Positions 50,153-61,132 of a DNA stretch of 64,000 bases are shown one piece after another. The DNA comes from an uncultured delta proteobacterium (GTDB lineage Bacteria > Desulfobacterota > Desulfobacteria > Desulfobacterales > JAFDCJ01). The notes below the pieces were generated by a model that had not been told where the DNA came from, made no database searches, and was given only the letters and a program-made list of their open reading frames with translations. The position numbers were made by a program, and so were the translations under genes. The DNA lies in assembly GCA_963769935.1 (NCBI GenBank), contig CAVYNY010000021.1, positions 1 to 64,000 of the forward strand, written 5' to 3'. How positions within the stretch are numbered: the stretch's first letter is position 1; every line of letters starts with the position of its first letter.

Positions 50153-50878
50153 ATGAGACTAGCGGTCCTTTCCGATATTCACGGTAATTTCGATGCCTTC
50201 CAGCAGGTACTGGAGGATATCGCCAGGTCCGGGATTGATGCGGTGATCAGTCTGGGAGACAATGTCGGATACGGTCCTGAACCGGAGCCTGTGGTTCAGC
50301 AAATTCGGGCGCAGCAAATTCCATCTGTTCAGGGAAATCATGAGCTGGCGCTGAAAGATCCCGAATATTTAAAATGGTTCAACCCGTCGGCGCGCAAATC
50401 CCTTGTCAAAACGCGCAGCCTGCTCAGTGATGAATCTCTGCGCTACATTGCGAAGCTTGAACCATTTCTAACCTCTCATGATTGTCGCTTTGTCCACGGC
50501 TTTCCGCCGGACTCCCCCCTCATTTATATGTTTCAGGCATCCGACCGAAGCAAGATCAAAGCTTTTGAAAAATCCGCCGAAAGGCTTTGCTTTATCGGAC
50601 ACACCCATACCCTGGAGATCGTCGGCTACGACGGCCGGCAGCTGGAATACCATGATCTCCCGGAGGGTTTAACCGGTCTGGATCGGGAAAAAAAATATAT
50701 CATCAATGTCGGCAGTGTCGGCCAGCCCCGGGATGCCGGCAATGATGCCAAATATGCCATCTGGGATTCTGTCAACGACACCATCGACATCAGATTCATA
50801 CCCTATGACATTGCCGGCGTGGTTAAAAAAATTCAAGCGGCCGGCCTGCCGGAAGAGCATGCCAATCGGCTGTGGTAG
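50153..50878 (+). CDS. Metallophosphoesterase (YfcE/MJ0912-like)
   Basis: SDIHGN, GD.VGYG, GNHE, GHTH, NVGSVGQPRD. Confidence 0.93.
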   Translation: MRLAVLSDIHGNFDAFQQVLEDIARSGIDAVISLGDNVGYGPEPEPVVQQIRAQQIPSVQGNHELALKDPEYLKWFNPSARKSLVKTRSLLSDESLRYIAKLEPFLTSHDCRFVHGFPPDSPLIYMFQASDRSKIKAFEKSAERLCFIGHTHTLEIVGYDGRQLEYHDLPEGLTGLDREKKYIINVGSVGQPRDAGNDAKYAIWDSVNDTIDIRFIPYDIAGVVKKIQAAGLPEEHANRLW

Positions 50879-50883
50879 GGGGC

Positions 50884-51429
50884 CTAAATCTTGAACTTCC
50901 TACCGATTTCGAGCCCCAGGTCCATGGCCTGGCGGTTGATTTCCAGAAAGTCGGCTGGAATTCTGTTCTCGAGTACCCGCATGATGGAGTCGGGAGATAT
51001 CAGATCGGTCATGGAGATCACCGAACCCAGCATACAGATGTTAAAGACAATCGGCTTTCCGATTTTGTCCATGACGCTCTGATACATGGCCAGTTCTCTT
51101 TGTTGAGCATCGACTTTTTTTTGGGTTTTGACGTAGCGCGTGTCGGTGATCAGCAGCCCTCCGGGACGTATGATCCGGTAGAATTTGTTGTAGGCTTCCT
51201 GGGTGAGGCAAACCAGAATATTGGGTTGAATCACTTTGGGATAATCGATCATCGAATCGGAAACAATGACATCGGATCGGGTAGCGCCGCCGCGCGCCTC
51301 GGCGCCGTAAGATTGAGACTGCACCGCATTCAGGTTTTCATACAACACGGCCGCTTCAGCCAGAATAATGGATGCTGTAATAACCCCCTGACCGCCTGAA
51401 CCTGAAAATACCATCCTGCATCTTTCCAT
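50884..51429 (-). CDS. korC: 2-oxoacid:ferredoxin oxidoreductase gamma subunit
   Basis: GSGGQG, SYGAEARGG. Confidence 0.9.
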   Translation of the reverse strand: MERCRMVFSGSGGQGVITASIILAEAAVLYENLNAVQSQSYGAEARGGATRSDVIVSDSMIDYPKVIQPNILVCLTQEAYNKFYRIIRPGGLLITDTRYVKTQKKVDAQQRELAMYQSVMDKIGKPIVFNICMLGSVISMTDLISPDSIMRVLENRIPADFLEINRQAMDLGLEIGRKFKI

Positions 51430-51459
51430 GGTTTTGCGTCCCCCTTGTTCTGCAAGCTT

Positions 51460-51720
51460 AGGCCCTTAGACCTTTTGATCTAACAACGTGCTGTCAGAAA
51501 GCAAAGGTTTAAGGTGTCAGCGGTTAGAAAATACCAAATAAAAAATGTTTCGATGCCATTTTTACGAAGTGTCTCACCGCTGAGAGCGCAGAGAGCGCAG
51601 AGATAAATTTAACTTTTCTTTCTCGGCGTTCTCGGCGGGCTCTGCGGTGAACTATTTTGTTTCTTTTTCGATCAGACCGGCCGTTGTATTGGCCGGCGGC
51701 GGCACTGACACCTGAAACCC
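51460..51720. repeat. Composite nested intergenic repeat inside the kor operon
   Basis: GGTGTCAG...CTGACACC outer arms; TCACCGCTGAGAGCGCAGAG...CTCTGCGGTGA inner element; TTTCTTTTTCGATCAGACCGGCC unit. Confidence 0.75.
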
Positions 51721-51812
51721 GGATAAATGACTTTGTGCTAAATTTGCCGCGTCAACGGCGCCATTTCCGGCCAGCTTGGCCGGGATAAGAAATGGCACCG
51801 GCTTTTAAACTC

Positions 51813-52623
51813 CTACTTTTTCGCGCCCGCCATCGCTCGTTCAATAATTTTATCATATTCACTGCAGTATTCCGGTCTTTCGATCTGCACAAAGATGCCC
51901 CGCTCAATCAAATCCGGATTCTCCTGCTTGGCCGCAGAACCAACGGGTGTGGTATTGTCCCTGAACCACTTAACCATATCCACGGCATCCCCGGCCTTGT
52001 TTTTGCGCCCGAAGTAAGTGGGACACTGGCTTAGAATCTCCACCACGGAAAAGCCCTCGTGCAAAATGGCTTTCATGATAATGTCAACCATCTGTTTAAC
52101 ATGATAACTGGTCGTCCGCGCGACAAAAGATGCACCGGCGGCTTTGGCCAGTTGCACCACATCAAAGCTATAGTCAATATTGGCAAAAGGTGCGGTTGTG
52201 GCCCGGATGCCGGCGCCCGACAGCGGCGAAAACTGCCCGCCGGTCATTCCATAAATTCGATTGTTCATAACAATGGCCGTAATATCGATGTTCCGGCGGG
52301 CGGCATGAATAAAATGGTTGCCGCCGATGGCCAGCGCATCGCCGTCTCCCATGGGCACGATCAGATTTAACTCGGGACGGCTCATTTTTACGCCCGTGGC
52401 AAAAGCCAACGCGCGCCCGTGGATGGTATGCAGCGTATGAAAGTCCACGTAGCCGGTGATTCTTAGCCGAGCAGCCGATTCCCGACACCATCACAATTTC
52501 GTTTTTGCTCATGCCCAGCTTTTCAATGGCCTGCAGCAGGCCATTGAGCACCATGCCGTGGCCGCAGCCGGGGCACCACAGGTGGGGAAAGAATCGTTCT
52601 CGCAGATATTCTTTAACCGCCAT
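51813..52623 (-). CDS. korB: 2-oxoacid:ferredoxin oxidoreductase beta subunit (frameshift near 52465)
   Basis: WCPGCG, SGIGCS, HGRA, GDGD, YGMTGGQ. Confidence 0.92.
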
Positions 52624-52626
52624 GCC

Positions 52627-53775
52627 TCAGACCCCCTTTCCCTGGATTATCCGCAGGATATTCATAATATCCTCCGGGGTAATGAACACACCGTCAATGC
52701 GATTGGCAAGAAAAACCTTATGCGGTTCATCCACCGCCATTTTTACTTCCCGCAGAATCTGCCCCATATTCAGTTCTACGACGATAACCGACCTGGCATG
52801 CGCGCATTTTTCCCGGATAATGTCTTCGGGAAAAGGCCACAAGGTCTGCAGTTCGAGAAGTCCGAGCTTTTCACCCCGCAGGCGGCGATTTTCAACCACA
52901 TGCCGGGCCGAGCGGGCCGCCGATCCGTATGAAATCAGCATATGTTCCGCATCTTCCAGATAATATTCCTTGTAGCGCGCAATCGTATTGGTTCGATTTT
53001 CGATCTTGTCGATCAGATGACGCAGCAGTCCGTAGACCACTCGGGGTTCGGTGGACGGAAATCCCCACATGTCATGAAATAAGCCGGTAACATTGTAGCG
53101 ATGAACACCGCCGAAATCAGACATGGGAAGCCGTCCGTCTTCCCGCGGCAGATAAGGATGGTAATCCACACCCTCCTTTACCGAAGTTTTAAGACGCTCA
53201 ACCAGCGGCACTGCGCCGGGCTCCGGTATCAGCAACCGTTCACGCATGTGAGCCACCACCTCATCAAATAAAAGAATAACCGGGGTACGGTATGTTTCAG
53301 CCATATTGAAGGCTTCCACCGTTACGGCAAAGACATCCTGATGATTGGAGGCCGTCATGGCAATAACGGCATGATCGCCGTGGGTTCCCCAGCGAGCCTG
53401 GTTGACGTCGCTCTGACTGCCGTGGGTCGGGATGCCGGTGGAGGGCCCGCCTCGCTGGACATCAACGATCACACAGGGAATTTCCGCCATCACCCCATAG
53501 CCCAATGCTTCCTGCATCAACGAGAATCCTGGACCGCTGGTGGCCGTCATAACCTTGCGCCCGGCAAGTGAAGCGCCGATTATAGCGCACAGGGATGCGA
53601 TTTCATCTTCCATCTGGATAAATTTACCGCCGATCGCCGGGAGGCGGAAAGACAAAAGTTCGGCAATCTCGGTTGAAGGCGTAATCGGGTAACCGGCATA
53701 AAAATCAAGTCCCGCATACAATGCGCCCTCAACACAGGCCTCGTTGCCTTGAACAAATTTTATTGTTTCGCTCAT
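52627..53775 (-). CDS. korA: 2-oxoacid:ferredoxin oxidoreductase alpha subunit
   Basis: GNEA, AGYPITPSTE, EDE, ATSGPG, QRGGPSTG. Confidence 0.94.
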   Translation of the reverse strand: MSETIKFVQGNEACVEGALYAGLDFYAGYPITPSTEIAELLSFRLPAIGGKFIQMEDEIASLCAIIGASLAGRKVMTATSGPGFSLMQEALGYGVMAEIPCVIVDVQRGGPSTGIPTHGSQSDVNQARWGTHGDHAVIAMTASNHQDVFAVTVEAFNMAETYRTPVILLFDEVVAHMRERLLIPEPGAVPLVERLKTSVKEGVDYHPYLPREDGRLPMSDFGGVHRYNVTGLFHDMWGFPSTEPRVVYGLLRHLIDKIENRTNTIARYKEYYLEDAEHMLISYGSAARSARHVVENRRLRGEKLGLLELQTLWPFPEDIIREKCAHARSVIVVELNMGQILREVKMAVDEPHKVFLANRIDGVFITPEDIMNILRIIQGKGV

Positions 53776-53784
53776 TTCAACACC

Positions 53785-53991
53785 CTATTCTTCTGTTTCT
53801 ATTTCGATGGCTAAATCCGGGCACCGGAGCTCGCAGAGCCTGCAGCAGATGCAGTCCTGCGGCCTGGCCGGTATGACCTTTTCCTGATCATCCAGTTGCA
53901 GGACTTTCTTCGGGCAAAATTCGACACAAATTCCGCAGCCTTTGCACCAATCGCGATTTATAAGGTGTTGCTTCAATTTAGGTTTCGCCAT
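53785..53991 (-). CDS. korD: 2[4Fe-4S] ferredoxin, oxidoreductase delta subunit
   Basis: CKGCGICVEFCP, CICCRLCELRCP. Confidence 0.92.
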   Translation of the reverse strand: MAKPKLKQHLINRDWCKGCGICVEFCPKKVLQLDDQEKVIPARPQDCICCRLCELRCPDLAIEIETEE

Positions 53992-54196
53992 TGAGTATTC
54001 CTCTCGACAGAAAAAAATTCAAATTCTGACAGGCCCTTTAACCTATTCGTTTACTGGGATATTGTCAAGGAAAACACCCGGACACCCCTTTGACAAGTTG
54101 CCATGGTTTTTATTATGATTATATAAGTTAGGGGCTTCGCCCCAATCGGCGTTATGGGGACAAGAGCTCAGGCCTCAAAGACATCATATATTTTCA

Positions 54197-55249
54197 TTGA
54201 GTTTTTGGATTCACCAGCGGAGAGGAGCGCTGTTAATATTGAAAAAAGCACTGTTAGGGATCGGTATTGCTCTTTTCCTGATCGTTTGCATCGCATCTGG
54301 ACTTTATTTTGAGCTGCAAAAATATGCCGCTATGCCCGCCGAGGCGAACAGTTCCCAAGAGACTACCATTAATGTGCCGCAGGGACAACCTCTGAAAACC
54401 ACGGCCAATATGCTTTATCTGAAAAATATCATCAAGAGCCCTTTAAAACTGGTTTGGATTGCCCGCCTTAAGGGCTACGATAAGCGCCTCAAGGCCGGAG
54501 AATATCTCCTTTCGGCCGGTATGTCACCCCGCCAGATTCTGGAAATCATGGTAAAGGGCGAGGTCTTGCTTCATAAACTTACGGTTCCTGAAGGCTATAA
54601 CATCTATCAGATAGCGGATCTGGTGGCCCAGGCGGGTCTCGCCGCCAAAGCCGATTTTATCAAAGCGGCCACGGATGCCGATCTGGTGCGCAAAGTGGGT
54701 CTGGATGCGGAAACATTTGAAGGCTATCTGTTCCCGGAAACCTATTATTTCCCGCAGAAAGTCAGCGTGGAAAAAATAATTTCAACCATGGTACAGCGGT
54801 TCAAGACCATTTTTGTACCTGAATGGCAAGAGCGGGCCAAGCAGTCCGGATTTACGGTAAACCAGATAGTCACGCTGGCATCGATAATTGAAAAGGAAAC
54901 CGGCGCGCCATTTGAACGCACTCTGATTTCGTCGGTTTTCCACAACCGTTTAAAAAAGAAAATGCGCCTGGAATCCGATCCGACGGTAATCTACGGCATA
55001 AAAGACTTTAACGGCAATCTAACCCGCGAAGACCTCCAAACCCGGACGCCCTACAATACATACCAAATTGCAGGGCTTCCCGCCGGACCGATTGCCAATC
55101 CCGGCCGTGCATCGCTGGAAGCCGCCCTGTATCCTGATGATACGGCCTTCATCTATTTTGTTTCTAAAAAAAACAGCACCCATTATTTTTCAACCAACCT
55201 GAAAGACCACAATCGTGCCGTAAGAAAATATCAGCTGGGCCGGAAATAG
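54197..55249 (+). CDS. mltG: Endolytic transglycosylase MltG
   Basis: TVPEG, EGYLFPETY, ASIIEKE, LESDPT, YNTY..GLP.GPI.NPG. Confidence 0.95.
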   Translation: MSFWIHQRRGALLILKKALLGIGIALFLIVCIASGLYFELQKYAAMPAEANSSQETTINVPQGQPLKTTANMLYLKNIIKSPLKLVWIARLKGYDKRLKAGEYLLSAGMSPRQILEIMVKGEVLLHKLTVPEGYNIYQIADLVAQAGLAAKADFIKAATDADLVRKVGLDAETFEGYLFPETYYFPQKVSVEKIISTMVQRFKTIFVPEWQERAKQSGFTVNQIVTLASIIEKETGAPFERTLISSVFHNRLKKKMRLESDPTVIYGIKDFNGNLTREDLQTRTPYNTYQIAGLPAGPIANPGRASLEAALYPDDTAFIYFVSKKNSTHYFSTNLKDHNRAVRKYQLGRK

Positions 55250-55338
55250 GGAAGTAAAACAGAAGGCTTGACTCCAGACGATACCGCTCTTAAGTTAAAC
55301 ATAATTCGAACGTTGATTAATATGGGAGGAAGTTGAAT

Positions 55339-55578
55339 ATGGTAACGACCGAAAAAAAGAGGCAGACCTTCATTATCGATCTTGAAAAACTCAACACCTT
55401 CAACACTGAGGGGTGCGCGGCTTGCGGCCGCAAATTCACGCTGGGTGAAACAGTTGTCAGAGCTTGCGGTGCCTGGGAAGGTCCCCCGAAATTGATTCAC
55501 GAAAATGAAGCGGTGTGGGATGAAAGCAGCGCGACGTTTTTCGAACGACGCTGCTACGACTCCCGCAAAAACGGTTGA
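55339..55578 (+). CDS. Small Cys/His putative metal-binding protein
   Basis: CAAC..C..H..C; GGGAGGA RBS. Confidence 0.75.
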   Translation: MVTTEKKRQTFIIDLEKLNTFNTEGCAACGRKFTLGETVVRACGAWEGPPKLIHENEAVWDESSATFFERRCYDSRKNG

Positions 55579-55770
55579 AAATTCCTGTCCCTGATCCCCG
55601 CCCCAATCGCGATTAACTCACCGGGAATGTTGGCACATATCTTCCGGAAACATTCTTTTAAATTCAAGTTTATCCAATAACCGGCCGATAACCATTTAAA
55701 TCCTGGGGAGAAATTCTCCCGCAGGTGATTATTTCAAAACGGAATTCTCAACTCCCCAAATCCGATTTTT

Positions 55771-57765
55771 TTGAGGTGCCTGATGGCCAATAAAAGTATG
55801 GCTACCTATCTTGACAAGATCAGCCTGGTGATCATTGGAACCGGTGCTTCGCTGTTTTACTACTATCTTGACCACTCCATGGAATCCAACCAGAGTTTGG
55901 GCAGCTTTGTCACCATCGCCCTGATATTGTTAATCAGCGTATTTACCCAGCTGCTGATCAACAACATAAACCGTTCCAGACAGGCGTTGCGTGAATCGAA
56001 CGAAACTTTGGAACACAAAGTTGTCGAACGCACCAAGGAGTTGCGCGACTCCGAGATCAAGTACCGTGCTATTTTTGAGAACACCGGAGCGGCGACCCTC
56101 ATCATTGAAAAAGATTTGACCATTTCTCTGGCCAATTCCGTCTTTGTAGGCTTCTCGGGGTTCAATCGGGGCGAAGTGGAATTTAAAAAATCCTTTTTTG
56201 ATTTCCTGGATGATAAAAGTCACCGCACTATTTTAGATAACGAAGGATTTCTGAACAACGAAGAAAACCTTGAATGTAAATTTATCAACCGGGAACATGA
56301 GCTGAAAGATATACTGATTACCATTGCGCCGATCCCCGGCACGGATAAAAGTGTGGTCTCCATAACAGATATATCCGAACTCAAAGAAGCCGAACGTCAG
56401 ATCTCGCATCAAGCCTTTCACGACACTCTGACAAATTTACCCAACCGCGCCCTTTTCATGGAACACCTCAATATGGCGATTAAACGCGGCAAACGGCGGG
56501 ATGAATATAATTTTGCGGTTTTATATCTGGATATTGACCGGTTCAAGCTCGTCAACGACAGCCTCGGTCACAGCGTCGGGGACAATCTTTTAATTGCATT
56601 TGCGGAAAGAATCCATAATTGCCTGCGGGAAAGCGATACCCTGGCGCGCTTGGGTGGGGATGAATTTGTCATTCTGCTGGAAGACATTGAACAGGCGAAT
56701 TATGCCAGTTTGGTGGCCGAAAGACTTCAGCAGGAGCTCAAACGGCCGTTTATGGTCAACGGCAAGGAAGTCTTCGCGCCGTCAAGTTTTGGTGTGGTCA
56801 AAGAAACAAATGAGTATGATCTGCCCGAAGACATTATTCGGGATGCCGACTCTGCCATGTATCATGCCAAGGAAAAAGGCCGGTCCCAGTATAAAGTTTT
56901 TGACAAAAAACTGCATGAAAAAGCCCTGCACCTGCTGCAGCGGCAAACCGACCTCAGAAAAGCGATCCACAAAAAAGAATTTGAAACCCACTACCAGCCG
57001 ATTGTATCGTTAAAGACGCGCTCGGTTGTCGGTTTCGAAGCCCTGATCCGTTGGAATCATCCCCAGCTCGGGTTGATTTATCCGGGTTCGTTTATTTCCA
57101 TCGCGGAAGAAACCGGACTGATCATTCCAATCACCCGCCTGATGGTTGAGCAGGCCTGTCGCGATCTTAAAACCTGGCAGGACCGAATCCGGCATATTCA
57201 GAAATTGACCATGAATGTCAATATATCCAGCCGGCATTTTCTCCAACCCGCTTTGTTAAACGACCTTAAGGAAGTGCTGAATAAAATCGATCTGCCTCCG
57301 GATCACTTGAAGCTGGAAATCACCGAAACTGCTCTCATGGAAGATGTGGAGGAAACCGTGCGGCTGGTACACCGCATGCGGGATTACGGTCTTCAGATCG
57401 TAATTGATGATTTTGGCACCGGATATTCTTCGCTGAGCTACTTACAGCGATTGCCCATCGATACCCTCAAAGTGGATCGAAGCTTCGTATCCCGCATCCA
57501 GAACACACCGGATGGAAATAGAAATATCGTGGAGGCCATTATCTCCCTGGCCCACCGTCTCGATATGATTGTCGTGGCCGAGGGGGTGGAAACGCTTGAG
57601 CAATACACCATCCTGCTCGACATGAATTGTCAATTCGGTCAGGGATACTTATTTTCCAAACCGCTTCCAAAACCGAGGGTCGATAAGCTGATCGAGGAAA
57701 TGCTGGAATATTCCCGGCAAAACCCGGGGCAACATTATCCCCTGACCGCAGATCTATCCAACTAA
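55771..57765 (+). CDS. Membrane PAS-GGDEF-EAL protein
   Basis: Two TMs, PAS, RESD I-site, GGDEF, EAL, DDFGTGYSS. Confidence 0.95.
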   Translation: MRCLMANKSMATYLDKISLVIIGTGASLFYYYLDHSMESNQSLGSFVTIALILLISVFTQLLINNINRSRQALRESNETLEHKVVERTKELRDSEIKYRAIFENTGAATLIIEKDLTISLANSVFVGFSGFNRGEVEFKKSFFDFLDDKSHRTILDNEGFLNNEENLECKFINREHELKDILITIAPIPGTDKSVVSITDISELKEAERQISHQAFHDTLTNLPNRALFMEHLNMAIKRGKRRDEYNFAVLYLDIDRFKLVNDSLGHSVGDNLLIAFAERIHNCLRESDTLARLGGDEFVILLEDIEQANYASLVAERLQQELKRPFMVNGKEVFAPSSFGVVKETNEYDLPEDIIRDADSAMYHAKEKGRSQYKVFDKKLHEKALHLLQRQTDLRKAIHKKEFETHYQPIVSLKTRSVVGFEALIRWNHPQLGLIYPGSFISIAEETGLIIPITRLMVEQACRDLKTWQDRIRHIQKLTMNVNISSRHFLQPALLNDLKEVLNKIDLPPDHLKLEITETALMEDVEETVRLVHRMRDYGLQIVIDDFGTGYSSLSYLQRLPIDTLKVDRSFVSRIQNTPDGNRNIVEAIISLAHRLDMIVVAEGVETLEQYTILLDMNCQFGQGYLFSKPLPKPRVDKLIEEMLEYSRQNPGQHYPLTADLSN

Positions 57766-57861
57766 AATGTTGGAAATTCTACTATTGACTGAAAACATAT
57801 CATCACGATAACATTCTTATAATCGCTTCACAGACCGGTGGAATGTTGGAATTTTGGAATA

Positions 57862-58869
57862 ATGACGGCAGAAAAATTTTCAAATCAGCAGCTGGCCGGC
57901 CAACGCCTGATGGTCGGCTTTGACGGAACCGATTTCAACGCGGACCTCAGATTTATAATTGATCAGATTAAAGCAGGCGGCCTTATTCTTTTTGCAGGAA
58001 ATCTGGCCACGCCGGATCAGATCACCAACCTGTGCCAGGCGGTGCAGGAATATGCCAAAACGCGCGGGCACCCTCCATTATTTATTGCCATTGATCAGGA
58101 AGGCGGACAGGTTGCCCGGCTCAAAGAACCATTTACCCAATTTCCCGGCAACCCCTGCATGCAATATGAAGAAGACGCCGTCCGGTTTGCCGAGGTGACG
58201 GCGACGGAGCTAAACCAAGTGGGTATCAACATGAACATGGCTCCGGTTATGGATGTCGCGCCGGATAACCTGAACAGCATCATGGCCAAACGATCTTTCG
58301 GTGCCGATCCGGAATGGGTTTCGCGGTTGGGAATAAAAGTCATCGAGCATTTGCAGGCCAAAAATATCATGGCCGTCGCCAAGCATTTTCCCGGAATCGG
58401 CCGCACCGTCCTGGATTCCCATCTGGATTTGCCTGTCTTGGAGGATGACTTATCCGGCCTGGAGCAGTTTGATCTTATTCCTTTTGCAGCCAGTATTCGG
58501 CACGGTGTGTCCGGCTTGATGCTGTCTCATATTTTTTATCCAAAATTGGATCCCCAATGGCCGGCCAGTCTGTCCAAGCGGATTGCCCATGACCTGTTGA
58601 GGAAGCAAATGGGATTTGACGGCCTTGTATTGACCGACGATCTGGACATGGGTGCCATCACCAAACATTTTGATATTCGAACATCTATTTCTCAGGTACT
58701 TTCAGCGGGTATCGATCTGACCCTTATATGCCACAAGGGTCCGAACATTGAAATCGCCTTTGAAGCAATCTTAAAGGCAATTACGGATTCGCGTGAAATG
58801 AGGGCGAAAGGGGTGGAATCCGCGGATAGAATCATGCGATTGAAAAGCAAATATTTGATGAATTCGTAA
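57862..58869 (+). CDS. nagZ: Beta-N-acetylhexosaminidase (GH3)
   Basis: DQEGG, KHFPGIG..DSH, TDDLDMGA. Confidence 0.92.
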   Translation: MTAEKFSNQQLAGQRLMVGFDGTDFNADLRFIIDQIKAGGLILFAGNLATPDQITNLCQAVQEYAKTRGHPPLFIAIDQEGGQVARLKEPFTQFPGNPCMQYEEDAVRFAEVTATELNQVGINMNMAPVMDVAPDNLNSIMAKRSFGADPEWVSRLGIKVIEHLQAKNIMAVAKHFPGIGRTVLDSHLDLPVLEDDLSGLEQFDLIPFAASIRHGVSGLMLSHIFYPKLDPQWPASLSKRIAHDLLRKQMGFDGLVLTDDLDMGAITKHFDIRTSISQVLSAGIDLTLICHKGPNIEIAFEAILKAITDSREMRAKGVESADRIMRLKSKYLMNS

Positions 58870-58879
58870 AAAACCGAAT

Positions 58880-59869
58880 TCATTTCGAAAAAACGTCATC
58901 CTGCAAATCGGCGGCAATGCCTGCTTTTAAATTATGGAATCCCGCCGCGGCAATCATGGCAGCATTGTCGCCGCACAGGTTCAACGGTGGAATATACACC
59001 TTTATTGCCTGGTGTCCGGCATCGGTTCTCAGTTTCGCCCTTAACCGACTGTTGGCGGCAACCCCCCCCACCAGGGCGATCCGGTCACAGCCTTTTTTCA
59101 CAGCCGCCCGGATGATTTTGTATGAAAGCACTTCCAGAACTGCTTCCTGAAAGCCGGCCGCAATGTCGGGAATCTGCTTTGAATATTTATCCTGGTGCGC
59201 GGTAATATAGCGTTGGACGGCCGATTTGATTCCGCTGAAGCTGAAGTCGAAAGTTTCCTTGTCCAGATAGGAACGCGGAAAGCGAATTCTGGCCGGATCG
59301 CCCTGCTTTGCAAGGCGATCAATCATGGCGCCTCCCGGATACCCCAAATCCAGCATCTTGGCGACCTTATCAAATGCTTCCCCGGCCGCGTCGTCCCGGG
59401 TTTGGCCCATCAACTCGGCCGTCAGATGGTCCGTGATATGGTAAATACTGGTATGCCCACCGGATGCCAGCAGGGCGACGAAAGGAAATGGAGGCGGGTT
59501 GGCCTCCAGAAAAACTGAATTTATATGGCCCTCCAGGTGATTCACACCCACCCAGGGAATCTTTAAGGCAAAAGCCAGGGATTTGGCAAATGTAAACCCC
59601 ACCAGCAAGGCACCCACCAATCCGGGTCCCCGGGTAACAGCAACGGCATCAATATCCTTCAGGGGCAAACCGGCCTCGGACAAAGCTTCGTCAACCACGG
59701 GGACGATTGCTTCAATGTGCTTACGCGAAGCCAGTTCGGGCACAACGCCGCCATATCGGCCGTGAATCTTGACCTGGGAGGAGACCACCGAAGACAAAAT
59801 GCCGGTTCCATCTTTGACGACGGCCGCAGCCGTCTCATCACAGGATGTTTCTATGCCCAGAATAATCAT
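58880..59869 (-). CDS. tsaD: tRNA N6-threonylcarbamoyltransferase
   Basis: LGIETSCDET, HLEGH, SGGHT, DNAAMIA. Confidence 0.97.
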   Translation of the reverse strand: MIILGIETSCDETAAAVVKDGTGILSSVVSSQVKIHGRYGGVVPELASRKHIEAIVPVVDEALSEAGLPLKDIDAVAVTRGPGLVGALLVGFTFAKSLAFALKIPWVGVNHLEGHINSVFLEANPPPFPFVALLASGGHTSIYHITDHLTAELMGQTRDDAAGEAFDKVAKMLDLGYPGGAMIDRLAKQGDPARIRFPRSYLDKETFDFSFSGIKSAVQRYITAHQDKYSKQIPDIAAGFQEAVLEVLSYKIIRAAVKKGCDRIALVGGVAANSRLRAKLRTDAGHQAIKVYIPPLNLCGDNAAMIAAAGFHNLKAGIAADLQDDVFSK

Positions 59870-60082
59870 AAAAAATTGAATATTGAATATTCAATCTTCA
59901 ATCTAAAATATTCAACCGTATGGGTCCCTACCTGGAACCGCTTTTGCGGCTGCCTCAGCCGGCACAGGGCGGATTTGCCTCCCGGCCTTGGGCGAGCCAA
60001 TTGATGAATTTTGATAACGCAGCGCCGATTTTACCAATCAGTGATCTTTTTTCAACTTCAATTTTAGCTTTGTCTGCCATGC

Positions 60083-61132
60083 CTACTCCCATATAATCCG
60101 GTTGCCGGAATCCTTGCATTCCAGGATTTCGCCGATCAGATAGGCTTTTTCTTTCATGGCGTCCAGCCGTTGCAAAACGTCCGCCGTCGCATCCGGCGGC
60201 ACGATGGCAACCATACCGATCCCATTGTTGAAGGTTCGCCTCATTTCCAGATCTGAAATCTTACCGGCTTGCTGCAGAAATTTAAAAATGGGGGGGACCT
60301 CCCACAGTTCCGTTTGCACCAGGATATTGCAGGTCTTCGGAACAACTCTTAAAATATTGTCGGCAATTCCGCCGCCGGTGATATGGGCCAGCCCGTGCAC
60401 CGGTATATCTTTCAAAAGGTTCAATATGGGCTCAACGTAGATCGTGGTGGGCGTGAGCAGCTCTTCGCCAAGGGTTTGGCCGAAGTCCGCTACATAGTCA
60501 TCGACTTTCATTTTAAGAATCTCGAAACAGATTTTCCGAACCAGAGAGTAGCCGTTGCTGTGCAGACCGCTGGACGCGATGCCAATGAGTTTGTGTCCCA
60601 CGCGAACTTCGGTACCGTCAATGATTTTGCTGTTGTCCACGATACCGACGGCAAAGCCGGCCAGGTCGTATTCATTTTGCTGGTAAAACCCGGGCATTTC
60701 GGCGGTCTCACCACCGATCAGCGCGCATTTGGCCTGTTTGCAGCCGTCTCCGATCCCGGCAATAATCGCGGCTGCGCGGTCGCTCTCCAATTTTCCCATG
60801 GATAAATAATCCAGAAAGAACAGCGGCTTGGCGCCCTGGACGAGAATATCATTAACACACATGGCAACCAGATCGATGCCGATGGTGTCGTGTTTGTCGA
60901 GCATGAATGCGATCTTAAGTTTGGTGCCGACCCCGTCCGTCGAGCTGACCAGGACCGGTCGGTCAAGATTGGCGAGATTCAGAGAAAAAAGTCCGCCGAA
61001 ACCTCCGATTTCTCCAATGACACCTGAGATCGTAGTTTGTTTGGCGATTTCATTGATGGTTGTAACCAGCTTATTGCCTTTGTCAATATCCACTCCGGCG
61101 TCCGCATAAGTCAGCGAATCGGTCATGGGCAT
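60083..61132 (-). CDS. purM: Phosphoribosylformylglycinamidine cyclo-ligase
   Basis: YADAGVDI, TDGVGTK, GGETAEMP, HSNGYS, TFNNGIG. Confidence 0.97.
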   Translation of the reverse strand: MPMTDSLTYADAGVDIDKGNKLVTTINEIAKQTTISGVIGEIGGFGGLFSLNLANLDRPVLVSSTDGVGTKLKIAFMLDKHDTIGIDLVAMCVNDILVQGAKPLFFLDYLSMGKLESDRAAAIIAGIGDGCKQAKCALIGGETAEMPGFYQQNEYDLAGFAVGIVDNSKIIDGTEVRVGHKLIGIASSGLHSNGYSLVRKICFEILKMKVDDYVADFGQTLGEELLTPTTIYVEPILNLLKDIPVHGLAHITGGGIADNILRVVPKTCNILVQTELWEVPPIFKFLQQAGKISDLEMRRTFNNGIGMVAIVPPDATADVLQRLDAMKEKAYLIGEILECKDSGNRIIWE

